Assembly: GCA_021498095.1 (NCBI GenBank)
Contig: JAIZWK010000001.1
Coordinates: 1,200,001-1,232,000, forward strand
Direction of reading: 5' to 3'
Source of the DNA: Candidatus Harpocratesius repetitus
GTDB lineage: Archaea > Asgardarchaeota > Lokiarchaeia > Sigyniarchaeales > Promethearchaeaceae
Length of the DNA: 32,000 nt
Below, piece after piece: positions 17,246-25,613 of the stretch. The stretch's first letter is position 1. Each line of letters begins with the position of its first letter. Made by a program: the position numbers and the translations under genes. The notes below the pieces were generated by a model. That model ran no database searches, had not been told where the DNA came from, and saw nothing but the letters and a program-made list of their open reading frames with translations.

Positions 17246-18415
17246 TTAGATTAAATTTCGATTCTTCAAGAATTTTTCAATTCGGTTAAATCCTTCTTCC
17301 AATTTTTCATCAGTGGTCGCATATGAAATTCGTAATGAATTTTCAGAAAAAGATCCGAATGCTGTTCCAGAAACGCAAGCAACTTTTTGCTCTTTAACCA
17401 AATCTTCAGAGAATTCATCTGCTGTCATTTTCCAGGCTTGATTGAGTTTTGGCATAAGGTAAAACGCACCTTGAGGTTCAACTACTTCAAATTGCAACTC
17501 TCTCAATCGTTTCACGCAAAAAATCCGCTTTTTATTATATCTCTCTATAATATCGGGAAAATTCATCTTTTCACTTTGTTTAAGAGCGCGAACTGCTCCA
17601 TATTGAACTGGATGATTAACACCTGCTGTGGTGTATTGGATATATTTTTCCATATTTTGAATGATTGGAAGACTTGCGCCAATATATCCACATCTTAATC
17701 CTGTGGCTCCAAATGATTTACTTAATGCATTTAATGTTATAGTCCGTTCATCCATTCCAGGATATGACCCAGGACTGATATGCACGGCGCGATTATATAA
17801 AAATTTCTCATAAACTTCGTCACTAACAAGATACAGATCGTGATCTTGAACCAAGTCGACAATTGCTTTAATTTCTGACTCAGAATAAACGTAACCAGTC
17901 GGATTATTGGGTGAATTTATTAAAATAAATTTGGTTTTAGAACTAATTTTTTCTTTGATCATTTCGATGTTTGGGGAATAATCTTCTTGACGAGGAACTT
18001 CTACGCATTTAATGTGAAAATAATCTGCAAGATAGTAATAAGAAATAAAATTGGGGCTTGACAAGATCATTTCATCGCCCGGATTTGACAACACTGCATA
18101 TGTCAAAGTGAGAGCTTGACTTCCACCATTAGTTACAATTGTATTTTCTGTTTTTATCCATGAGAGTTGATTTTCATTACGAAATTTTTCAGCAATTGCT
18201 TTTCTTAATTGAGGAATACCAAGAGCTGGAGCATATAATGTCTTATGCTCACGTAAAGCTTGAATAATTCCATCGTAAATAAATGCAGGAGTTGTAAAAT
18301 CTGTTTGACCAATTCCAAAAGAAATTGCTTCGGGTCCGGATTGTAAAAGCATATCAAATAACTTACGAATTTTTGATTTCTTGGAATTCAAAATTGCTTG
18401 AGATAATTCTTTCAT
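17246..18415 (-). CDS. Class I/II PLP-dependent aminotransferase (aspartate aminotransferase-like)
   Basis: SFGIGQTDF, YAPALGIPQLR, NGGSQAL, NSPNNPTG, SDEVYE, PLP-Lys motif NALSKSFGATGLRCG and LRISYA. Confidence 0.95.
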   Translation of the reverse strand: MKELSQAILNSKKSKIRKLFDMLLQSGPEAISFGIGQTDFTTPAFIYDGIIQALREHKTLYAPALGIPQLRKAIAEKFRNENQLSWIKTENTIVTNGGSQALTLTYAVLSNPGDEMILSSPNFISYYYLADYFHIKCVEVPRQEDYSPNIEMIKEKISSKTKFILINSPNNPTGYVYSESEIKAIVDLVQDHDLYLVSDEVYEKFLYNRAVHISPGSYPGMDERTITLNALSKSFGATGLRCGYIGASLPIIQNMEKYIQYTTAGVNHPVQYGAVRALKQSEKMNFPDIIERYNKKRIFCVKRLRELQFEVVEPQGAFYLMPKLNQAWKMTADEFSEDLVKEQKVACVSGTAFGSFSENSLRISYATTDEKLEEGFNRIEKFLKNRNLI

Positions 18416-18546
18416 AGGAACTTTAAAATCGAGGATTATTTAAAGTATTGTGGGAATGCTTTGGGAATTATATTTAGGAAAAAAAGAGAATATGTGAAGA
18501 ATAAATATAAGAAAATATGAGTAGAAGAGATTCCAGATAATATTTT

Positions 18547-18886
18547 TTATGTTTCATTCTTGAGAAAAGAGAACAATCGATTTTGTATTTCAATAGGAAC
18601 GTTTGCTTTTTTTAGTTTAAGCCAATTTTTAATTCCTGCTAAGGTGCTACGAATATGTTAAATTCCCTTCATCAGATAACTTTGGAAAAAAATCTTCCAA
18701 AGTAATTTTTTCTGTTGCAACAATTTCCAAAATTCGTTCCAATATATAAAAATCTTGCTTGGAATTTTGGACATATACTGATTTTGGATAATGATTTCTA
18801 TGATTTTATTTATTCTGGCTCTTTCTTTGTAGAATATTATAAATATCAAATGCTTTTTGTTTTTTGTCGGCGATGCTAACTTCCAA
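18547..18886 (-). pseudogene. Possible decayed gene remnant (one in-frame stop and one frameshift)
   Basis: Protein-like fragments in succession: LEVSIADKKQKAFDIYNILQRKSQNK*, NHRNHYPKSVYVQNSKQDFYILERILEIVATEKITLEDFFPKLSDEGNL, then shifted HIRSTLAGIKNWLKLKKANVPIEIQNRLFSFLKNET*. No homolog recognised. Confidence 0.3.
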
Positions 18887-18977
18887 TTATTTAGATTACT
18901 ATTTCACTTAATGAAATTTGGTAATGGTGAAGTGAAACGCCATACCAAAGTGGCCCTGCAAAAAGACAAATCACTTT

Positions 18978-19033
18978 AAAGCATTTCATGAAATTCATTA
19001 AGAATTCTTAGAATGCTTTTTTTTTCTTTTTTT
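18978..19033 (+). terminator. Branched stem-loop followed by a long oligo-T run
   Basis: AAAGCATT...AATGCTTT arms enclose the palindromes TTTCATGAAA and TAAGAATTCTTA, followed by T runs. Confidence 0.4.
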
Positions 19034-19048
19034 CTTATGAAATCTTCT

Positions 19049-19380
19049 TTTAGTATTTTTTTTTTAGTAAATTTTATATAAAAGGAGGTTATAGTAGAAT
19101 TCGAAAAATTGAAGGATATCCAAAAATCTTGTATGGATTATCCCCAAAAACCAAACTTCTCTCATTTATGCATTTATCGAAACATCTTTTAGGAAAAAAA
19201 ATATCCAAATGAGTCGGAAATTTAAAGAAAAATGATGGAAATGTGAAATTCTTGACCGATTTTAAAGGTTCAAAAATGCCGACTTAAACATTTATTGGAT
19301 GTTTGGAAGTATTCTTGAAAATATTTGCCAAAAAATAGAATTTAATTAAGATAAAAACAATTGCTGGAAACTCAATATTT
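19049..19380. repeat. Copy B of the ~330-bp diverged dispersed non-coding repeat (copy A at 181-510)
   Basis: Same orientation and colinear blocks as copy A; contains the GAGTCGG...CCGACTT complementary pair. Confidence 0.85.
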
Positions 19381-19491
19381 TTTCCTAAAAAAAATATATT
19401 TCTCCACTCCACTATTTTCTAAGCAATATCTTAATATCACAAATTTAAAAAATATATGATTATGGCAGCTCTCGAGGTGAGTTGGTTTAAA

Positions 19492-19587
19492 TGTATCACA
19501 CTTATAATACCCTTAAATACAGTGTCAAAAGTGTTGTCTTCATGTGTTTTTTTCTGTATTACACTTGTATCAAACTTGTGATACAAT
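19492..19587. promoter_or_regulatory. Operator-like repeat array upstream of the SIR2-like gene
   Basis: TGTATCACACTTATAATAC (19492-19510) matches TGTATCAAACTTGTGATAC (19566-19584) at 16/19. There are 11-bp tandem units TGTATTACACT/TGTATCAAACT/TGTGATACAAT and a palindrome TTGTATCA-N6-TGATACAA. Confidence 0.65.
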
Positions 19588-19618
19588 TCCATAAATCATT
19601 TAATTAACAAAAAATGAT

Positions 19619-20908
19619 ATGAAAATGAAATTACTCAATGTCAAAAAAAAATTTCAATGTCCTATTTGTGGAGCGAGTTCAATAAATCAAGAATATTTTT
19701 CATCTGATAAACATAAGGAAACTAAAAAGCACAAAGATGCCTTGAGATCAATTAAACTACCTCAAATCCCGAATAGCTTTTTATCACAAATATCTAAAAC
19801 TCAATCTTTACTTTCAAATGTATTTAAAAAAGTTCTTTTAGATTGTAGGAAAATTCCTTTTGAAGAGATCTTTTCTAATTTAATTATTTCTCTAAAACCA
19901 ATATTTGAAATATTAAAAAGATTATATGAGTATCCAATTAAATCAAATAAGCAAAATATTGAGTTACTTAGAAATTATCATTCAAATGAAAATTTGGCGT
20001 TAATTTTAGGAGCGGGTGTTTCAATTGAGGCAGGGATACCATCATGGAGAGGATTATTAGGTCATCTTTTGAAAAAGGCACTTATATCTTCAAAATTAAT
20101 AAAGGATGGAAAAGAAGAGATGTATGCAAATCTAATTAATCAATTTCTTTCTTTCAGTAATTTAATCGATGCAAGGCTGATTGAAGAAATGATGGGGAAG
20201 GAAGAAATGATCAATGAAATAAAAATATATCTTTATGATTCATTAGATGAAGATTGGAAAAATAAATCAAATATCTTATCAAATATAGTAGATTTAGTTT
20301 CACAACGTACCAATATTCAAATAATCAGTTATAATTATGATGATTTACTAGAACAGATTTTTGATGAGAATGAAATAGCTTATGAAATTAAATATTCTGA
20401 GAATAATTCATGGAAAAAGGGCAATGGTGTAAAAATTTTCCATGTTCATGGATTTCTGCCCCAATTTAGAGAATACGAATCAAATAAAATAGTATTCTCA
20501 GAAGAATCATATAATAAATTATTTGATAACCCACATAATTGGACAAACAGTGACCAAATTCACTTATTGAGCAATTCTCACACTCTAATTATTGGACATT
20601 CATTTTTAGATCCGAATATCCGAAGATTATGTGAATTAATTGCCAAAAATAAAACTCAAGATCAAAATATGAACCATTTCATAATTTTAAAACATCCTCT
20701 AGCCGAATTATTGGATTTTGAGAATAATTCAAAAGATAAAAAAGAAAAATGGGTATTTATGGAAAATGAATCTTATCAAGATATATATAATTTTCTTAAT
20801 GAGTTGGCTGAAATATTTAAGCAAATGTTTTCTAAATTTGGTATAAATATTTTATGGATTTACAAATTTAGTGATATTTCTCGAACTTTATTAAAAATAA
20901 TGGAATAA
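19619..20908 (+). CDS. SIR2-like (SIR2_2-type) NADase-domain protein with an N-terminal C2H2 U1C/matrin-type zinc finger; putative defence effector
   Basis: LALILGAGVSIEAGIPSW, IISYNYDDLLE, IFHVHGFL, IVFSEESY and LIIGHSFLDPNIRRL motifs; N-terminal C-x2-C-x14-H-x5-H. Confidence 0.88.
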   Translation: MKMKLLNVKKKFQCPICGASSINQEYFSSDKHKETKKHKDALRSIKLPQIPNSFLSQISKTQSLLSNVFKKVLLDCRKIPFEEIFSNLIISLKPIFEILKRLYEYPIKSNKQNIELLRNYHSNENLALILGAGVSIEAGIPSWRGLLGHLLKKALISSKLIKDGKEEMYANLINQFLSFSNLIDARLIEEMMGKEEMINEIKIYLYDSLDEDWKNKSNILSNIVDLVSQRTNIQIISYNYDDLLEQIFDENEIAYEIKYSENNSWKKGNGVKIFHVHGFLPQFREYESNKIVFSEESYNKLFDNPHNWTNSDQIHLLSNSHTLIIGHSFLDPNIRRLCELIAKNKTQDQNMNHFIILKHPLAELLDFENNSKDKKEKWVFMENESYQDIYNFLNELAEIFKQMFSKFGINILWIYKFSDISRTLLKIME

Positions 20909-21580
20909 TTCCTTGCTCATATCTCCAATTATATCTCGATTTTTTTACTTTTTTAATTAATGGAAATAAAACTTCCTGTAGATCTTCGTGTGTGAACGAT
21001 CCAAAACTAGATATCCCTATTAGATATTATTTATTAAATAATGTATTGTATTTCAGAAAATCAATTATTTTTTTATTTATTTTAATTATTTCTCTTAAAC
21101 AAGTTGCGAATGAAATTGCAATAAATAAAAACGATACATCAAATTCAAGTGAAAGTGCAGGATGGTTTTGAATTTGCTTATATTGAACTTGATATTTTTC
21201 ATTTTGATGTGCATATTCTCCAAAGAGATACATATTCAAAATATCCGATGAGTAAATTCTTTGGTTTTAAAAGGTGAGATGGGGATTCTTGCAAAATAAG
21301 CTTTTTATTCTAAATAAATAATTATTTATGTCCTTTCGTATATTGTGAAAAAGCGATCGAAAAGGAACAGGGATGAATTTATTTTCATAAAGTTTCATTA
21401 CTCGTAAATACTAATGGGTTCTTTGTCATATATGTATCCAAAATTAGTCCCAAAGCAATTTTAAGATCAATTACAAAATTACTTGTTTAACATATTATTT
21501 ATTTGGATGTAGAGGATTTTCAATACTCGAATTATTTATACATTCCATAATTTGTTTCAGAACTTGAGAAAATTAAATTA

Positions 21581-22549
21581 TTAATGGATATATTCATCTA
21601 ATATAATTGTTTTCAGTTTTTTGGTTATACTCTTTTTAATTTCATCAATATTATTTTTTAGAGTACTAACTTTTCGAGGTACTATTTTGTAATTATTTGA
21701 ATTTATTTTCATTAAAATCGATCTATTTTTTCTGTATTTCGTTTCTGATACATAATTTAGAAATTTTCTTATAATTTTTATTATAGCTTTTTTATCTTCA
21801 TGCCCAAAATCAAATCTATCTACTACTTCGGAGAAAATAGCATCATAAAAATCTTCATCCCTAAATTGCCTGTCTATTGTTGAAATTTTCTCAAATAGAT
21901 AACTTCCAAAAAATTTTACAAGTAATTTTCCTTGCCTCCTAGAAATTGGTGAGTTATATGCTCGATTATCATTTTTATAAGTTAAATCACCTAATGTAAA
22001 TGGAATTTTAATTATGTCAGAATAATTTGATATATATGAAATAAGATCTGGATTAGAAGATGGAAAATTTATTCTCATATTTGAATCAACACCAAAATTA
22101 TAATTATTTCGATTTAAAATTAAATATGAATCGCTTTGATCATAAGAAATAAATTTGAGAAAGTCTGAAACAAAAATAGAATCAATAAAAAGATATATTA
22201 GAAAAAGCTTTCCAGATTCAGCAGGAAATATAAGAGAGTTCCAATGACTTGGCTCTAAAGAAGATAAGACACAATATTGTTTTTTTATCCTCGATTGTTC
22301 ATCTTTCTTCTTTTCTTTTTCTTCTAATGATAATGAAGATCGTATTAGGGAAATGTTTTTTTTTATTATTTTAATTTCAAATATGTAGTAATTTATATTT
22401 TTAGGATCCCCACATTTCACTATATAATCGATTTTCGTTGAGCCTAAACTATTTTTAACCTTCAATTCTGCAATTGAGAGAAAGTCTCCTTTTTCTTCGA
22501 AATAGTTATATAATAAGTTTATTAATCTGGACGTTAAAGATATATTCAT
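21581..22549 (-). CDS. PD-(D/E)XK restriction-endonuclease-like protein (322 aa); the start is probably ATG at 22549, not 22648
   Basis: N-terminal E..KIDYIV..IFEIK..KQY fits the PD-(D/E)XK motif; ATG 22549 lies 4 nt after the upstream stop, avoiding a 95-nt overlap. Confidence 0.7.
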   Translation of the reverse strand: MNISLTSRLINLLYNYFEEKGDFLSIAELKVKNSLGSTKIDYIVKCGDPKNINYYIFEIKIIKKNISLIRSSLSLEEKEKKKDEQSRIKKQYCVLSSLEPSHWNSLIFPAESGKLFLIYLFIDSIFVSDFLKFISYDQSDSYLILNRNNYNFGVDSNMRINFPSSNPDLISYISNYSDIIKIPFTLGDLTYKNDNRAYNSPISRRQGKLLVKFFGSYLFEKISTIDRQFRDEDFYDAIFSEVVDRFDFGHEDKKAIIKIIRKFLNYVSETKYRKNRSILMKINSNNYKIVPRKVSTLKNNIDEIKKSITKKLKTIILDEYIH

Positions 22550-22553
22550 AATT

Positions 22554-23792
22554 TCACATCTGTAATGTTGTTCCGTCAATTTCAATTGATATATTTGGTG
22601 AAAAATATTTTTGAAGATTAGTAAATAACCTGAATACATTATTCCCACAACAATTCTTATGTAAATTTAAGTATATTTTATCATCAAATACTTGAGCGTA
22701 GAAATGATCTCCATTATGTAAATCTGCGACTCTATAATAATCATAATTGATTTCGGAGTAAAGGTTAGTAAAGTAGAGCTTAAATAGACTCGAAATATTG
22801 TTTAGTCTTTTTACAAAATTCTTACGCTTTATTTTATCATCGAAAATAATTTGGATAAGTTTTCCCTTATTTTCTTTTGGAACATATCTATATGATTCTA
22901 TTTCATTCAATTTTTCTCTATAAGTATCTAATATATCATTTACAAACTCTATATGTCTAGAAAAATCTGTTCCGTTGTTAACTGTAAATCCACCTTTATA
23001 TGTGAATTCCTCCTTTAATATTTGAGAATTATCTTCATCTTTAAAATAGCACATTAGAGATTTATAATTGATTGGAAGATCTGCTTTATATAAGGATTTT
23101 AAAGTATTCTCGAATGAATGAGGTGTTCCTGCCCATAATCTTAAAGAATATTTTAGATTGTTAATAATAGTGGGATCTTGAAATACATCAAATCCTTCTC
23201 CCATTGAATTTCTAAGTTTTTCTTCTTCTCCTTCATCTTCTTCATTTTCCTCATAATTATCATCGTCGTCTTCATCATCAAAGATATTCTCATCGATGCT
23301 ATCATCGATAAATGATTGTTCAAAATTTAAACTAAATCCCCCTGGAAAGATATCATCCTCTTCAATTTTTGATTTCATCATAGTATTAGTTAAATAAATA
23401 CTATCTTGTTTATAGAAATCTTGAAAAATGTTTTGAATATATTTTTTTATTTTTGTTTGAGGTTCTTTATTATATATTATCCAAAATCTTGGGATTTCTG
23501 CAACTTCTTGCTTTATATAAAAAAAATACTGCTTTTCTTCTGTTTTTAATTCGAGGGTTTTAAAATATTTTTCTCTTGATTCATGTAAAATAAGTTTTGC
23601 TGGATTCTTCTTTCTTTTATTATTCCAACTTTTAATTAAAGAATCCAAAGTTTGGTTAGATTCAATTATATTAGTTTTAATACTGGTACTTATTCTTTTT
23701 TTCCTTTTTTTTTTATTTATGTCAATATTTTGTATATATTGCTGAAAATAATTGAACCAGTCTTTTTCATAATCAAATATTTTTGTATCCAT
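22554..23792 (-). CDS. Hypothetical protein (412 aa) with a central poly-acidic loop; partner of the downstream nuclease
   Basis: Long ORF; acidic run DDEDDDDNYEENEEDEGEEE; folded-looking segments RFWIIY, ADLHNG and CCGNNVFRLFTNLQ. Confidence 0.8.
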   Translation of the reverse strand: MDTKIFDYEKDWFNYFQQYIQNIDINKKKRKKRISTSIKTNIIESNQTLDSLIKSWNNKRKKNPAKLILHESREKYFKTLELKTEEKQYFFYIKQEVAEIPRFWIIYNKEPQTKIKKYIQNIFQDFYKQDSIYLTNTMMKSKIEEDDIFPGGFSLNFEQSFIDDSIDENIFDDEDDDDNYEENEEDEGEEEKLRNSMGEGFDVFQDPTIINNLKYSLRLWAGTPHSFENTLKSLYKADLPINYKSLMCYFKDEDNSQILKEEFTYKGGFTVNNGTDFSRHIEFVNDILDTYREKLNEIESYRYVPKENKGKLIQIIFDDKIKRKNFVKRLNNISSLFKLYFTNLYSEINYDYYRVADLHNGDHFYAQVFDDKIYLNLHKNCCGNNVFRLFTNLQKYFSPNISIEIDGTTLQM

Positions 23793-23820
23793 ATTTTTAT
23801 CTTACTTGAATGTTAATTTA

Positions 23821-23828
23821 AATATAAA
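23821..23828 (-). promoter_or_regulatory. TATA box for the 412-aa/nuclease operon
   Basis: TTTATATT on the minus strand, about 29 nt upstream of ATG 23792. Confidence 0.5.
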
Positions 23829-23884
23829 CTGATTGAAATAAATTTAATTTTTAATTATTTATTCCTAATTATCATTCGATCTTA

Positions 23885-24289
23885 TTAATTTTTAGAATTG
23901 GAATAAAAAATAAATAACCTCATAAGTTCACTTTTCACACTGGAACTCATATCTGAAGCCAGTTCTTCCCGCTCACAAGTTTTCACAAAATATGGTTTTT
24001 GGGTATAGCGAAACTTATGTAAAATGGAAAAGAAGGTTTGCTCGATATTGAACGTATAATATTGCCATGTTGCATATTTCTCTTGTAAACGTTTGAAAAT
24101 AAGAATAAATTGAATATATGCCTCGTGGATATTTTGAGGGGTGATATGGATAACAGAAATGGAAGGATCACGGAGAGTGATTACCTTCGTGATGATTTTA
24201 GTTAAATTACGTTCAAATTCATTTATTTCGATTGAAAATAAATAAGTAATCATCATCAATTCAATCCATTTGGGAAAAGTTCGAATCAA
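23885..24289 (-). CDS. Hypothetical protein (134 aa, TTG start), possibly the 3' part of a decayed longer gene
   Basis: Open frame; the same frame continues upstream through three TAA codons to an ATG at 24454 that overlaps the stop of the zinc-ribbon gene. Confidence 0.4.
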   Translation of the reverse strand: MIRTFPKWIELMMITYLFSIEINEFERNLTKIITKVITLRDPSISVIHITPQNIHEAYIQFILIFKRLQEKYATWQYYTFNIEQTFFSILHKFRYTQKPYFVKTCEREELASDMSSSVKSELMRLFIFYSNSKN

Positions 24290-24450
24290 TAAAGTCTCAA
24301 AATAATTCTGAATTTAGGAAATCTTTGGATTTATTAAAGAAAAGATAAAGATGGCATAGTAAATTGCTAATGAAGAAATGAAAGAACGAAATAAATTTTC
24401 ACTATCAAGAATAAATTATAATAATTTAAGAGATAATTATTGAAATAAAT

Positions 24451-24834
24451 TCATTTTATTTTTTTATTAATTTTGTTAATTTCTTTCTTTAATTCTTTTT
24501 TTATCTTTTTTCCCTCATCAATTGCTTTTCGAGCACCTTTCCCAAAAGATTTTGTTCCAATTCTAATTCCTTCACTAATTTTTTTTGTTCCTTTTTTAAA
24601 ACGCTCGCTAATTTTTATTGCATTTTCCTTGAATGTTAGACCAAATAGTTCGAAGTTTAATGTTGATGAATCTATATTCGGGTTGTTGATTTTTGCTCTT
24701 TCTGTTTCGGGTAATTGAAATCTTTTCCCGCAATTCTTGCAAATAATCCCTTTTCCTTTTTTTAATGAACTGATTAAAGATTTTGTCAAAGGTGCTCCAC
24801 AATTTGAACAATATAAATCATTTATATCCTTCAT
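24451..24834 (-). CDS. Zinc-ribbon protein with a Lys-rich C-terminal amphipathic helix
   Basis: YCSNCGAPL..IICKNCG (two CxxC pairs); ATG at 24834 preferred. Confidence 0.75.
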   Translation of the reverse strand: MKDINDLYCSNCGAPLTKSLISSLKKGKGIICKNCGKRFQLPETERAKINNPNIDSSTLNFELFGLTFKENAIKISERFKKGTKKISEGIRIGTKSFGKGARKAIDEGKKIKKELKKEINKINKKIK

Positions 24835-25613
24835 ACAGAACACTATGATTTTGTTTTATAAAAACTTTTTCTGATTAATATCCATTCATTATAAAATTTT
24901 ATTCTAATAAAGACGAAATGATAAATATTTGGCGCCATCATGAAAACTTTGAACTAAATAAGAAATTAAACCAAAAATTATTGAAATTTTGTTTTCATTC
25001 AAATAAATTAAGTGATGTTAATTTGCAGGTTCCAATTAGAGGAAATGATTAATATTTTGCATTGCACTTGAAATACAATTATGATCTATTCTCATGTGTT
25101 CCACTTGCAATACGAGAAAAGTGGTTCTTGAGGGAAATCACCCTTTTTGAACGAATATGTGCGTGTATACTATTAAAAGATGAATAATTGAAGTTTTTAA
25201 AAATATAAAAGAGATTTTTATAGATGTGAATTGACATGGTTTATGTGAATTTATGTTTATTAATAGATTCTGAACTTAAAAGGAAATGAAATCATATCAT
25301 GAGATCAATTAGTCTAAAGTCGCTCGCGCAGCTATTGGAAAGAAATTAGCAGAGATGCGTTTTTTGGTTGAATTCAGTAAAGAAAGTCAAATAACATTAG
25401 AAGATGCTAAAAATAAGGTCAAAAGTAAATCAAAATCAATGAGTATTATGATTCTAAATAAATTGGGGATCTCACATATCTACAAACTTATCCGCAACAA
25501 AAAAATTTTTGATCACTCTTGTTCAATAAAAAATTGTTATTATTGATAAAATAAAATTTTGAAGAAAAAAAGAAAAGAGAAGAAGAAATAATAATAAATA
25601 AAAATAATATAAT

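Noticed and set aside
19562-19589. Xer/dif-type recombination site (11-6-11 geometry)
   Set aside because: The inner arm ends are TCA/TGA rather than the TAA/TTA typical of dif sites, there is no recombinase nearby, and the extra upstream copy fits an operator better.
20909-21580. 70-aa ORF 21027-21239 and a start-less ~50-codon plus-strand frame near 21126-21278
   Set aside because: No RBS, motif or recognisable homology; could be gene debris but cannot be supported.
25286-25546. ATG at 25286 in frame with the 63-aa ORF across one TAG (possible pyrrolysine read-through)
   Set aside because: TAG is used as a normal stop in gcvPA and psmB in this window, no pyl genes are visible, and the product has no recognisable features.
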